A model generated the notes under the pieces. The model saw only the letters and a program-made list of their open reading frames with translations, ran no database searches and was not told the origin of the DNA. The translations under genes were made by a program, and so were the position numbers. 64,000 nt of DNA. Origin: Eledone cirrhosa. Lineage: Eukaryota. The stretch lies in contig OZ024743.1 in the NCBI GenBank assembly GCA_964016885.1, forward strand, positions 2,976,001 through 3,040,000, given 5' to 3'. Shown here piece after piece: positions 1 through 13,850 of the stretch; the stretch's first letter is position 1, and every line of letters begins with the position of its first letter.

Positions 1-3000
1 CCACCACCACAATACAACACCACCACAATACAACACCACCACAGTACAACACCACCACAATACACCACCACCACAATACAACACCACCACAATACAACAC
101 CACCACAATACAACACCACCACAGTACACCACCACCACAATACACCACCACCACAATACACCACCACCACCACCACCACAATACACCACCACCACAATAC
201 ACCAACACCACCACAATACACCACCACCACAATACAACACCACCACAATACAACACCACCACAATACACCACCACCACAATACAACACCACCACAATACA
301 ACACCACCACAGTACAACACCACCACAGTACACCACCACCACAATACAACACCACCACAATACAACACCACCACAGTACAACACCACCACAGTACACCAC
401 CACCACAGTACACCACCACCACAATACAACACCACCACAATACAACACCACCACAATACACCACCACCACAGTACACCACCACCACCACAATACAACACC
501 ACCACAGTACACCACCACCACAATACACCACCACCACAGTACACCACCACCACAATACAACACCACCACAATACAACACCACCACAATACACCACCACCA
601 CAGTACACCACCACCACAATACAACACCACCACAATACAACACCACCACCACAATACACCACCACCACAGTACACCACCACCACAATACAACACCACCAC
701 AGTACACCACCACCACAATACAACACCACCACAATACAACACCACCACAGTACACCACCACCACAATACACCACCACCACAATACACCACCACCACAATA
801 CAACACCACCACAATACAACACCACCACAATACAACACCACCACAATACAACACCACCACAATACAACACCACCACAATACAACACCACCACAATACACC
901 ACCACCACAATACACCACCACCACAATACAACACCACCACAATACAACACCACCACAATACACCACCACCACAATACAACACCACCACAATACAACACCA
1001 CCACAATACAACACCACCACAGTACACCGCCACCACAATACAACACCACCACAATACAACACCACCACAATACACCACCACCACAATACAACACCACCAC
1101 AATACAACACCACCACAATACACCACCACCACAATACAACACCACCACAATACAACACCACCACAATACAACACCACCACAATACACCACCACCACAATA
1201 CAACACCACCACAATACAACACCACCACAATACAACACCACCACAATACACCACCACCACAATACACCACCACCACAATACACCACCACCACAGTACACC
1301 ACCACCACAATACAACACCACCACAATACAACACCACCACAGTACACCACCACCACAGTACACCACCACCACAATACAACACCACCACAATACAACACCA
1401 CCACAATACAACACCACCACAATACACCACCACCACAGTACACCACCACCACAATACAACACCACCACAATACAACACCACCACAATACAACACCACCAC
1501 AATACACCACCACCACAGTACACCACCACCACAATACAACACCACCACAATACAACACCACCACAATACACCACCACCACAATACACCACCACCACAATA
1601 CAACACCACCACAATACACCACCACCACAGTACACCACCACCACAATACAACACCACCACAATACACCACCACCACAGTACACCACCACCACAATACAAC
1701 ACCACCACAATACACCACCACCACAGTACACCACCACCACAATACAACACCACCACAATACAACACCACTACAATACACCACCACCACAGTACACCACCA
1801 CCACAGTACAACACCACCACAATACACCACCACCACAATACAACACCACCACAATACAACACCACCACAATACACCACCACCACAGTACACCACCACCAC
1901 AATACAACACCACCACAATACAACACCACCACAGTACACCACCACCACAGTACAACACTACCACAATACACCACCACCACAATACAACACCACAACAATA
2001 CACCACCACCACAATACAACACCACCACAGTACACCACCACCACAGTACACCACCACCACAATACACCACCACCACAATACAACACCACCACAATACACC
2101 ACCACCACAATACACCACCACCACAATACAACACCACCACAATACAACACCACCACAGTACACCGCCACCACAATACAACACCACCACAGTACACCACCA
2201 CCACAATACAACACCACCACAGTACACCGCCACCACAATACAACACCACCACAGTACACCACCACCACAATACACCACCACCACAATACAACACCACCAC
2301 AATACAACACCACCACAGTACACCACCACCACAATACACCACCACCACAATACAACACCACCACAATACAACACCACCACAGTACACCACCACCACAATA
2401 CACCACCACCACAATACACCACCACCACAATACAACACCACCACAATACACCACCACCACAGTACAACACCACCACAATACAACACCACCACAATACAAC
2501 ACCACCACAATACAACACCACCACAATACAACACCACCACAATACAACACCACCACAGTACACCACCACCACAATACACCACCACCACAATACACCACCA
2601 CCACAATACACCACCACCACAATACAACACCACCACAGTACAACACCACCACAGTACAACACCACCACAGTACACCACCACCACAGTACACCACCACCAC
2701 CACAATACAACACCACCACAATACACCACCACCACAATACAACACCACCACAGTACACCACCACCACAATACACCACCACCACAATACACCACCACCACA
2801 ATACAACACCACCACAATACACCACCACCACAATACAACACCACCACAGTACAACACCACCACAGTACAACACCACCACAGTACACCACCACCACAGTAC
2901 ACCACCACCACCACAATACACCACCACCACAATACACCACCACCACAATACACCACCACCACAATACACCACCACCACAGTACACCACCACCACAGTACA

Positions 3001-3405
3001 CCACCACAATACACCACCACCACAGTACACCACCACCACAATACACCACCACCACAATACACCACCACCACAGTACACCACCACCACAATACACCACCAC
3101 CACAATACAACACCACCACAGTACACCACCACCACAGTACACCACCACCACAGTACAACACCACCACAATACAACACCACCACAATACACCACCACCACA
3201 ATACACCACCATCACAATACAACACCACCACAATACACCACCACCACAATACAACACCACCATCATCACAATACAACACCACCATCATCACAATACAATA
3301 CCACCACCACTACCACAATACAATACAACACCACCACCATAATACAACACCACCTCCACCACAATACAACAATACCACCACCAACACCACCACCACAATA
3401 CAACA
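1..3405. repeat. 15-bp minisatellite, consensus CACCACCACA(A/G)TACA/C, running off the left edge; degenerate from ~3210 to 3405
   Basis: Roughly 215 tandem 15-bp units visible directly, with two variable positions (AATAC/AGTAC and CAACAC/CACCAC) and occasional +/-3 bp CAC slippage. Confidence 0.97.
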
Positions 3406-3593
3406 AACAAGTTGTATTAAACTTACATATTAGTTTCACTTTCTCCTTGCATCTACAATCTCATTGTAAGTATTGTATGCTTAGTTGTCACACTGATATC
3501 ACCCTTTTCATTATCACATCTCTAATGAGACATACAGTATTTAAATTATTCAATAAACAATTTTGTGAGATTTATTAGAATTATTATTTCATT

Positions 3594-3815
3594 ATTAACC
3601 CTTTACCTTTACTGGCTCTGTATATACTATTATATTTTCATGGTAAAAGCTTTACCCCACATAATTATCTCACATAATATTGAATCTAAGAGATTTTAAT
3701 ATTATTTATTTTGAGAACAATACCTTAACATCAGTATGAGAGTGACCAGTTACAGCCAGTTTGAACAAATAGAAGTGAAAGAATTCTGGCCGAATATGGC
3801 CGGTTTAAATGGTAT
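3594..3815 (+). mobile_element. Degenerate/partial TTAA-type (piggyBac-like) MITE, family A
   Basis: Starts TTAACCCTTTA; internal sequence matches the copy at 4046-4260. Confidence 0.6.
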
Positions 3816-4045
3816 TAAGGAAAGTTTGTTCCCTTATATTTTGTACTAATTCACATATGCCACTATCATATGCATTTTTCTTTACAGTGAGAATAAATAA
3901 ATAGTAGCCTATCAGCTGTATTGCAGACTAGCATTATAACTGGTGGGAGTCAACCCTGCCCTCTATCATCTAACCTTTGACCTGCTGTGCGTCTCCTTCT
4001 CAACATAAATGGCCTTTTGAGTCCTTGAGTTCAAGACACCTGCTC

Positions 4046-4260
4046 TAACCCTTTAGCATTTACATTACTCTATATTTACTATTATATTTTCATGGTAAAC
4101 ACTTTATCTCACATAATATCTAATCTATGAGATTTTGATATTATTTATTTTGAGGACAATACTTTAACATCGGTATGAGTGGCTGGTTACAGCCAGTTTG
4201 AACAAAAAGAAGTGAGAAAATTCTGGCCAGATATGGCTGGTTTAAATGTTAAAGGGTTAA
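4046..4260 (+). mobile_element. TTAA-type (piggyBac-like) MITE, family A
   Basis: Terminal inverted repeats TAACCCTTTAGCATTTA ... TAAATGTTAAAGGGTTAA; inverted homolog at 33685-33897. Confidence 0.7.
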
Positions 4261-4420
4261 GGGTGGTGGATTGGTAGAGTTGTTGGAGCTTAGCAGTAAT
4301 TGTTCTGGCCCTTTACATTCTGATTTCAAATCCGGCTGAGGTTAGCTTTGCCTTTCATCCTTATGAGAGTCGATAAAATAAAGTACCAGAAACCCACTGG
4401 GGTCGATTTAATCAACTCAG
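4261..4420 (+). mobile_element. tRNA-derived SINE (family 1)
   Basis: A-box/B-box-like head (ATTTCAAATCC) followed by the shared body CTTTGCCTTTCATCC...CGATAAAATAAAGTACCAG. Confidence 0.7.
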
Positions 4421-4689
4421 TTGGACTCACTTGGGGATCCAGCTGGATCATTTGGAAATGGTTGCTTCTGACAGGCCTCTCTAGAAGGCACATCTAAGGA
4501 CATTGCTCCCATGACCCTCTCAAAAAGAAGATTCTATAGAGTAGTGGTTCTTAAACTTTTTTGTTCCATACTCCATCACCACATCTCAAAGAAAGTAATG
4601 CCCCCACTCAATATGAAAACATGTTTGATGTTAAAAAATATTTAAAATGTAGAAAGATTGCCTCCTAGAATATTTCCAAGTAACAATTT

Positions 4690-5102
4690 AACCAATCTTG
4701 CTATATGGAAGTAAAACATGGACACTTTCATCCAAACGACAAAAGCGCCTTGATGGCACCTATACTTGCCTGCTTCGACGCATTCAGAACATAAGCTGGC
4801 GACATCTGACCTTGAGAGAGATATATGCCGGCCTCCCACGCATATCTGTCGTTGTACGTAAAAGGAGAGTAAGATTTGCTGGCCACTGTCATCATGCTAC
4901 CTATGAGGCCGTGTCCCCATTAGTGCTTTAGAAACCACAAGCAGTCACTAATAACAGGGGGCGCAAGCTCTCCTATCCTGATTCTGGTATTGAAATTCAG
5001 GACTTGGCAGCAGCAATGAATGACAGACCCATGTGGAGATCAATTGTTGAGTTGATTTCGGCTGAGGCTGCCGGATTATGATGATGATGATGATGATGAT
5101 GA
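4690..5102 (+). mobile_element. 3' fragment of RTE-type LINE with (ATG)n tail
   Basis: ORF 4698-4931 LYGSKTWTL...VRKRRVRFAGHC is the typical RTE ORF2 C-terminus; followed by a GATGAT tail. Confidence 0.8.
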
Positions 5103-5439
5103 AAATATTTCCATTGCTTGGTGTGTGTGTGTGTGTGTGTGTGTATCACTAGTTATGTAAGAACTATTGTACGTGTGATGTATATATATGTATGTATGCA
5201 TGTGTAAGTGTTTGTGTGTTTATGTATGTGTGTCTGTTTCTGTATGTCTGTGTGTGTTTATATGTCTGTGTGTGTGAGTATGTGTGTGTGTGTTTCTGCC
5301 TGTGTTTGTGTCTGTGTGTGTTTCTGTATGTATGTGTGTATGTCTATATGTGTATGTATGTAAAACCAAACTGGAACAACTAAAATCAATTACTTTAACA
5401 TTTGACTCAGCCTAGAGCTAGTTTTCCCACACTGAACAT

Positions 5440-6245
5440 ACTTCCATCCTCCACCACCACTCCCCTACCTTCATCTCCACATCCCCACCCTCATCTCCAT
5501 CTCCACCTTCACTTCCATCCCCACATCCACTTTCACCTCCATCCTCACTTCCAACCTCCACCTCCTTCCCCACTCCCCACTTCTACTCCATCCCCTCTCC
5601 CCGTCCCTCCTCCATCCCCTCTCCCCGTCCCTCCTCCATCCCCTCTCCATGTTCTTCCTCCATCGCTACTTCCAACCTCTACCTCCATCCCCACTTCCAA
5701 CATCCACCTCCACCCCCATATCCCCACCTTCACCTCCATCCCCACTTCCCCCACCTTCATCTCCATCACGTTCCCATCTTCACCTCCATCCCACTTCCCC
5801 CATCCTCACCCCCATCCCCACTCCCCACCTACAGCTCCAACCTCACCTCCCATCATCTCCATTGCCCCACCTTCACATCCATCCCCACTCCCCTTCCTTC
5901 ATCTCCCTCCCCTACTTACCCACCACCACACCTTAAGCTCCACCCATCCCCACCCTGCCCCACCCATACACATCCACCTACACCCCACTTCCTACCTTAA
6001 CTTACACCCCATTCCCCTCTACCTTCACTTTTACCACCACTCCCCTTAGATTCACTTACACACTGACCCTTACCTCTACTGCCAACCCCATCCCTCTTGT
6101 GTCTCCCCCTACCACCACACTAAACTTATTTCCACCTCTACTCCTACATTAAACTTCCACACACATTTCCACGTCCACTCCAACTCCCATTCCTACCTTC
6201 ACTTTACCCCTCTACTCCCACATTTACTTCCACCTTCACTCTGGT
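5440..6245. repeat. Degenerate C-rich hexamer low-complexity region (CCACCT/CCATCC-like)
   Basis: Strong C/pyrimidine bias with 6-bp periodicity; generates spurious His/Pro ORFs. Confidence 0.85.
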
Positions 6246-6797
6246 GAGGGTAGTGGTTGTGGCAGTAGTTGTAGTAGTGATTGAGCGGTGGTGGTGCTGG
6301 TATGGGGATATAGTAGCGATGGTATTGGTGGTAGTGTTGATGTTAGTGATGGTGGGGGTGGCAGTGGTTTCTTGCTATTATAATTCCTTCTCACCCCCCT
6401 TCCCACTCACTCCTCTGCTCTCTCTCCTTCCTTGCATTCCTATCTTCTCCTCCCCTTCTTTCTAACACCCCCCACCCTCCATCTCCCCCTTGCTAGCTCC
6501 TACTCTCTCCATCTCTCCTCCTACCCTTGCTCCCACCTACCTTCCATTTCTCCCTCTCTCCTACCCTCTATCCCTCATATTTTTCACCTCATCCACCCCT
6601 CATACCCTGCATCCCTCTCCCTCACCCCTACTTTGTTACACATTGTTTAATATACTGAACTCTTGGGAAATTATTTAGAAATTCAAATTTATTAAATCCA
6701 TTGTTTTATTTATTCTCTTCATTATTACCATCACCATTGCTACCACCATCACTATTGCCATCATCACCATCACTACCATCACTAACGCCATAACCAT

Positions 6798-7510
6798 TTA
6801 GATTTGTAGGGTTACCTGCTTAATCTGAATGTCATCAAGATGCACAATGGCAGGTGAGCCATCTGTTAGAACTTTTGTCTTGTCTGCATTGATCCTGAGA
6901 CCATAAAGCTGAGCAAAGTGGGCAATGCTGTGCAAGATATCTGTTATTTCAGTGTTATTGTCGGTGAAAATGGCATTGTCATCAGCAAACATGAGGTTGG
7001 TCAGGGATTTCTTGGTGTCAAACCCTACAACACTTCGGCCTTTGAAATCTTTCTGCATGATGCTGTCATTGATAACATTGAACAGTCGAGGTGAGATGGC
7101 ATCTCCTTGTCACACACAGACACACCTGTCCTTGGAGAGGTCATTTCTTATCCAGACCATTGAACCAACATAGGCCTAGTGTAGGAGCGCAATGATCATC
7201 TGAAGTACTTGTTCAATTTCTAATGATCTCCATAAGGTGGTCCAATCAATGTAGTCGGAGGCAGACCTGAAGTTGATGAATGCAACCACTGTCTGCTGCT
7301 CACAGTGTGTTTGTTCTTCCAGCAGCCGACGAAGGCCAAATATTTGGTTCTAATATCTACGCCCAGGTCAGAAACCAGCTTGTTCTCTGCTGGTTTGCTT
7401 GTGATGCTTTTGGAGCCGTGATTTAATGATCTTCATAAAGACCTTCTCAATGATGGAGAGTAAGCTAATGCCACAGTGGTTTTTACATTCCTTGTTGCTG
7501 CCTTTCTTGG
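6798..7510 (-). mobile_element. RTE-type LINE reverse-transcriptase fragment (decayed)
   Basis: Minus-strand LMFADD...GLRINADKTKVL; upstream remnants of GISLLS, QAGF and AFINFRSA motifs with stops and frameshifts. Confidence 0.85.
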
Positions 7511-8425
7511 TTGGTAATTTACACGATAAATGCATCCTGTATACTCAGTAAAGTTGTTAGTGATAAGAAGGGCATTCAAGCATAGAAAACCTGCCAAACA
7601 AAGGGTCGAGAAGATTCTTCAGTTGTATCAAAGACATGACAACTTCTCTAGTGTTGGTGCCATGATAAAATACACTTGGTAGAGTGTGAAAATATATGTA
7701 AGCAAGATGCAGACCCTTGGCCTGTCTGAGAGTTCAGTAGCTCTGTTTGTGTATTGACTCCCTTACTAGCAGGAGAAAATGGACATTAAATGATGATTAT
7801 GATGAAGATGTCCGTTGTTTTCTTATTTTTCTTCCCCTTCTTTGTCTTCACTTCACAGCTACCAATCCAATCATGGAGACACAGGATTTGTGATAGTTTA
7901 ACTTCCTGTAGAAGTCAGATTTAGCTTTAGGTTTTTCAGCCCAAATTCCTTCATACATTGTGGTTCTTTGTCATCTCAACTGTGAACTTCAGTGACTTGA
8001 GATCAGCTCTCACAACCTCTGTTCAGGTCTTCCTTGGTCTTCTGTTTCAGCTTTTTTCCATTGGGATTATTTAGCACTTCTTTACCCAATGATCATCAGT
8101 CTTACACATCCCATGTCCATGCCAGTGCAGGCTTTACTCATGCACACTACATCTTATTTCTCTTGTACCCAGCTTTTCTTTTAGTTCTTATATGCTTTAT
8201 TGTTCACACATTAACATTGCACATCCAACAGAGCATGCTTGCTTTATTTATTTCATGTTTTGCTCATATTTTCCATATTTGGCATAGTTTCTATTATGGT
8301 TGGATGCCCTTCTTAATGTTAACCACATATCTAATATATATATATATGTGTGTGTGTATAGCTTGGTAGAGATAGCCAAGGTACAGAGCAAATCAAGTCT
8401 GTAGGATGAGTTTTAATATAATTAT

Positions 8426-8598
8426 TAAGGCCTGTTACTACAATGGGACCACACCAGGAATATATGTTTCGTGGGCTTGGAGGGCCAATTTATTATTTTT
8501 TGCGGGGGTTCCATTCCATTGGCATAGGTTGAATAAACTGGCCCTCCAAGCCCACAAGATGTATGTTCCTGGTATCACCATTCTAGTATCTGGCCTTA
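8426..8598. mobile_element. ~175-bp foldback/palindromic MITE
   Basis: Perfect 17-bp inverted repeat GTGGGCTTGGAGGGCCA (8471-8487) / TGGCCCTCCAAGCCCAC (8539-8555), with imperfect pairing extending to TAAGGCC/GGCCTTA ends. Confidence 0.7.
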
Positions 8599-8854
8599 GT
8601 AAGTATATATATATATAATTGATTCATCTCTGCGTGTCTTTCTCTCTCTCTTCTATCTATAAGATTGTGGGTTGTAGCCTTGGATTGGATTGTTTACCAT
8701 TATTCCTTTATTATATAACTATTATGCAATATACACCTCATATGATGTCACTAGGATCCTACATAACCTGGCCACTGAAATGTATATAGAGTTTGCAGAA
8801 ATAAAACTTTGAAGAAATTTCGTCAATCCAGCCTCCTGTCATTTTACTCAATAA

Positions 8855-9137
8855 TCTATATATCTAAAACAGAGAATGTCTGTCTGACTCCCTAAAACTC
8901 GAGAACCACCCAACCGATTGTTTTCAAACCTTACACATGTAATACTTATGGTCGTGTGAGTGTTTTGAGCAAAAAATATTTCAAATTTTCAATGCCATAG
9001 GCACTGCATTAGACTATAAGTCTTAGTCTATCTTTTTAGATAGATACATAGCTATAATGTCGCGCCCTTATAATATCTGTCTGTATGTCTGGCTGTCTGC
9101 ATTACAACATTATGACGCTATGTGTGTGTGTGTGTGT

Positions 9138-9169
<32 letters not shown>

Positions 9170-9504
9170 TTTTTACGTCCACTTTTCCCTGCTTGCAAGG
9201 GTGGGACGGGAACTGATTCTGGTTTGATTTCTACAGCTGGATGCCCTTCCTAACACCAACCTCATTTACAGTGAGTGCTGGGTGCTTTTTTCCGTGGCGC
9301 CTACACGTCCACTTTGCAGTGGAATGATAGGGACCACAGTCCTATCATCTCATTTCTACAGCTGAGTAAACTGGAGCAATGTGAAATAAAGTGTCTTGCG
9401 CAAGGAAACAACACATCACCCGGTCCTAGAATTGAACTCACAACCTTTTGATTGCAAGCCCAATGCTCTAACCACTAAGCCATGTGCCTCCTATGTATAT
9501 ATAG

Positions 9505-9545
<41 letters not shown>

Positions 9546-9953
9546 TGTAACGTTTTTCGAAATATTTACTTCTGCGTTCACATTGATTTTTTTTAGTTTC
9601 AGAAGATCCCGTTAAGGGTGAAAGCAGCGATTCTTCGCTTAAACTTTAATCTGTTATTTTAATATATATATATATATATAATTATATATTTGTGTACAGA
9701 TATTTTTACATACATAATAACAAAATATAAACAAACGTATTTATTTCACGAGGCTCGACAGCAGCAAAAACAACAACAAAAAAGAGAGGGAACGCAATGA
9801 CATGCTTTTGAAAAATCTTAATGGAAAATTATTTGCCTATTCACCCAAGGCAACTTCACTTTTTATTGGGACTTCTGCATCAATTGGTGAACATATGACG
9901 AAACATGCTAATCTATGTTTAGAATCCCGAGCAATGCCGGGCCATTCTGCTAG
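8855..9953 (+). mobile_element. Non-autonomous Helitron-like element (with nested SINE)
   Basis: 5' A|TCTATATATCTAAAA start; 3' GC-rich hairpin CCCGAGCAATGCCGGG (9926-9941) followed by CTAG|T (9950-9953); A|T insertion site. Whether the two ends belong to one copy is inferred. Confidence 0.6.
9138..9491 (-). mobile_element. tRNA-derived CORE-like SINE (family 2) with (ATG)n tail
   Basis: Reverse complement reads GGAGGCACATGGCTTAGTGGTTAGAGC...GAGTTCAATTCT...CCTTGCGCAAGACACTTTATTTCAC; highly similar to 17695-17987. Confidence 0.85.
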
Positions 9954-10021
9954 TTACATATATAATATAAAGTTTTTAAAAGTAAGTGAAACTACAACTT
10001 TCTTTGTTTTTCTATTTGCAG

Positions 10022-10124
10022 ACACATATAGTATATTTGGCACAGAGAAAACGCGGAGTTTCAAAAAAGTCAACAATTCAACAGTTGACCGTTCTGCATC
10101 ATTAGGAAGTCATGGTTCACTACC
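10022..10124 (+). CDS. Internal coding exon of Gab/Dos-family docking protein (TYSIFGTEKTRSFKKVNNSTVDRSASLGSHGSLP)
   Basis: Polypyrimidine tract plus TTGCAG acceptor (ag at 10020-10021) and GTAAGT donor at 10125; ends in phase 2, matching the phase of the exon at 19926. Confidence 0.75.
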
Positions 10125-10509
10125 GTAAGTTATCTCTCCTTTCTCTCTCTCTCTTTCAGTCCCTCTATTTCACTCTCTCCCCCTCTCTCTCTCAATCTCT
10201 CTTCCTCACTCTCTCTCCCTCTCACTCACTCTTTCTCTCTAGTCCATAGTGCTGGTGTCAGGATAAAAAGCACCCAGTCTACCCAGTCCACTATGTAAGG
10301 TGGTAGTACTAGTACAATGATGAAATGTTCCCATTCCATGCTGTAAAGTGGTTGGCATTAGGAAAGACATCAAGCTTTAGAAACCATGCAAAAATGGAAC
10401 ATATGCATATGGCATGGTGTCTATCCCATCTAAAGGGCAGTAACTCCAAAATAGGACTCAGACGGTGACAATCCGTCCAGCCCATGCCTATATGGAAAAA
10501 TGAATGGAA

Positions 10510-11165
10510 AATGATTATCAGCTTTCACACACACATACATTACATGTGCGTGCGCACACACCCACTCTTACGTACACCCACAGTCACACACTCTCACAGA
10601 TATAATACATAAGCAAATACACAGATATAATACATGCACACACACACAGATATAATACACAAACATACGCACATATATATTATATGCATATAATTATAGA
10701 TATAGGAGTGTGTTTGTTCTGGAGATGTGACCTCCTGGCCATCCATGAGGTCAGTAGCTCAGATTGAATACTGACCTGGTCTGTGATGATCTATCCAACC
10801 CTTGTTAGCAGCAAAAACAGATGTTACATAATGGTGACATGCCTACACACATACACCCACAACACACACACAAACACATACTTACACATTTATGCATGGA
10901 TGTACATACGTACACACACATACTTACACATACACATTCACATATGTACACACACACATTTATGCATGCATGTACACCCAACACACACAACCCACACACA
11001 CGCATACATGTGCACACTCATATTTACATATGTATGCATGTATGTACGCACACACACACATTCACATACGTATGCATGCATGTACACACCACACACATGT
11101 ATGCATGTACATAGACACACATACATATGCAGGCATGTACACACACACACATATGCATGCACATG
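10510..11165. repeat. Degenerate (CA)/(TACA)n microsatellite
   Basis: Alternating purine-pyrimidine CA/TA-rich tract. Confidence 0.9.
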
Positions 11166-11219
11166 TAAAGAGGCACCACCAATTAAAGTGATTTAGATCT
11201 ATTTAGTTATTACTGCAGC

Positions 11220-11830
11220 CCCACCCCGTCAGTCTATTAACCCCTCCCTTATCTTCCTCACTCTTACCCCCCATCTTCCACTCTCTTACCCCCCCCCCCC
11301 CCAACTGTCTATTGCTCCCCTCTCTCTTAATTCCTACCCTCTCCCCTCTGCTGTCCTCTGCTCTCTTTTACCACCTTCTGTCCCCCCTCCTTTCTTACTG
11401 CCCACATCTCTTACTACCTCCTCTCTCTTTCCCCACTCACTGCTCATCCCCTCTCTCTTTCCCCACTCACTGCTCACCCCCTCTCTTTCCCCACTCCCCC
11501 TCTCTTTCCCCACTCACTGCTCACCCCTCTCTCTTTCTCCACTCACTTCCCCCTCTCCTCTCTCACTGACCACCCCCTCTCTCTCCTCTTTCACTGCCCA
11601 TCCTCTCTCTTTCCCCATGCCCTGCCCATCCTCTCTCTCTCACTGTTCACCCTCTCTCTCTCCTTTCACTGCTCACCCCCTTTCTCTCACTGCATCTCTC
11701 ACTGCCAACACCCTCTCTCTCTCCTTTCACTGCTCCCCCCCTTACTCTTCTCTCTCACTGCCCCCCCCCCCTCCTCACTCACTGCCCCTCCTCTTTTTCA
11801 TGCTCTCAATCTCTCTCTTATTTCTCTCTT
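11220..11830. repeat. Pyrimidine-rich degenerate minisatellite (CTCACTGCTCACCCCTCTCTCTTT-like)
   Basis: Recurrent CACTGC motif in a CT-rich background. Confidence 0.8.
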
Positions 11831-12059
11831 CAAAGATTATCCTTCCTACTTATGATACTTTGGTATTTCACTGCCCTTTATGATATGGGGGGGGGGGGGG
11901 GGGGTTCTCTGCTATAGACACCCACAAATATACTGGCAAAACTTAAATGTTCTTACATGAACATTCTCTTTCAAAATTAGACTTCTCTCTGCTTTAGACT
12001 TCTCTCTGCTTTTGTTTGAAGATCATTTTAAAAACACTAGTCACAAACTACATACTAAC

Positions 12060-12065
12060 ACATAA

Positions 12066-12098
<33 letters not shown>

Positions 12099-12112
12099 CA
12101 CATATACATACG

Positions 12113-12191
<79 letters not shown>

Positions 12192-12303
12192 ATGTATATG
12201 TGTATATCTGCACATAAGTATACACACACATACATACATATATACAGAAACACACATGTATATATATATATATACACACACACATACACATATATTACAG
12301 TAT

Positions 12304-12350
<47 letters not shown>

Positions 12351-12380
12351 ATATGTATTTATATACATGTATATATATAA
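12060..12380. repeat. Compound (CA)n/(AT)n/(GT)n microsatellite
   Basis: Direct inspection. Confidence 0.95.
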
Positions 12381-13524
12381 TTTCACTGCTACTGACAGCC
12401 CTGTGACTCTAAAAGTAATAACAACTAGCCAACCAACCCTGCAACCCCCACAACCCGATCAACCCTCCTGACCAGACCAACAACCCAACCACAGTATTTT
12501 CTCATAGATTGTTTCAGGGATGTGTTGATGTGCTGGGAATTTATTGTCAGCTCAGGAGTTGGGACAATTACAAAAGACTGTCAACAATGATGGCAGATAC
12601 AATAGATTTCAAACTATAATAATAGAGGAGCTATTAACAGCACATGTAATGAATGCCTTCTTCCTTCCTTCTCTCTTTCTTTCTTTCATATTCTGTCTGA
12701 CATAAAAAGCCAGTGGACTGGCAGAAAGAGTAGAAAGCCAGATTTATTGTTTTTCTTTTTACTTTTCCATTTACTGTTTAATCAGGGGCAGAGATAGAAA
12801 GAAAAACGAAGGTATCTTTACACCAGAGACCTGGCACAAAGACTGGCCATTGAGTGGATTCTGTTAAGAGGTCTGTTAAGGGTGTTAAACTGAGCAACAG
12901 ATTAAGTCTACCGTTGAAGTAGGCCACATTTTGGCATGGCTTGTAGAGCTGGTTGCCCTTTCTGTCCCTAACCACTTTACAGTGTGTATTTTACATTGTA
13001 CCAGCTATAGAAAGATTGTTGTGACATGATTTAAGGATCCTCACAATTCTTTTTGTCATAGTTTCTGATGGATCTGAAGTTGAGTGGAAGCTCCTCATGA
13101 GCTTTAAAAGGGGTTGGAAACATTTTCATATCACAACATAACTTCATAACATATCAAATAACGCTGTGTGGTATCCACTTTAGATTAGGTACACTGTATT
13201 CTTGCATATTGTAAGAAGGAGGTAAAAGGATTGATGTCAGGAAGGGCATATGGCTGTTCGACACATGTGTTCGACACATGCCAGCATGATTATGATGATG
13301 ATGATGATGATGATTTAGTTTTAGCCAACTCACAACATACCAAATATGGTCATATATACCCACCAACTCACAACATATCAAATAAGGTATTAGTACCTAA
13401 TGATGTAATTAGATCTTAAATCAGGCACACACATGGTTTATAAACAAGTGCTATGTAATCATATAACTAGTTGTTATTTCAAATGTCATATAAGGAAGTC
13501 TCCATCTGTATATATATATTTTTA

Positions 13525-13850
13525 AGGTAGCAAAAATGGCTGAGTCATTAGAATGTTGGATAAAATACTTTGTGGTTTGGGGATTCTTTCTGGCTCTCTG
13601 TGTTCTGAGTTCAAATCCTGCCCAGGCTATCATTGAGATATTCAATACAAATTATCCTTTGAGGTTGTAAAATTAATCTGTGCCTATGAATATTCTAAGT
13701 AGTGAATTGGTAAAATCAGTAAAACATTGGATAGAATGCTTTACAGTATTTGTTCTGGCACTCTGTGCTCCGAGTTCAAATCCCACTGAAGTCCACTTTG
13801 CCTTTCGTTTTTTTTGAGGTCAGTTAAAAAAGTACCAGTCCAATCCTTCC
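13525..13850 (+). mobile_element. Two decayed family-1 tRNA-derived SINE copies
   Basis: GAGTTCAAATCC B-box at ~13607 and ~13772; the second is followed by CTTTGCCTTTC...AAGTACCAG. Confidence 0.65.

Noticed and set aside
1958-3199. 413-aa Val/Cys/Trp/Gly ORF
   Set aside because: Translation of the 15-bp minisatellite; its limits are set by chance point mutations
3880-3900. Possible additional Gab exon after the TTTACAG acceptor-like site (also ~7858)
   Set aside because: Stops follow quickly, or there is no convincing donor or recognisable Gab peptide
5402-6049. His/Pro-rich 215-aa ORF
   Set aside because: Low-complexity C-rich tract open in several frames; no convincing splice sites linking it to the Gab exons
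10783-12471. HT/YI/CV-repeat ORFs (also at 5192, 24945-25486 and 27393-27887)
   Set aside because: Dinucleotide microsatellite translations
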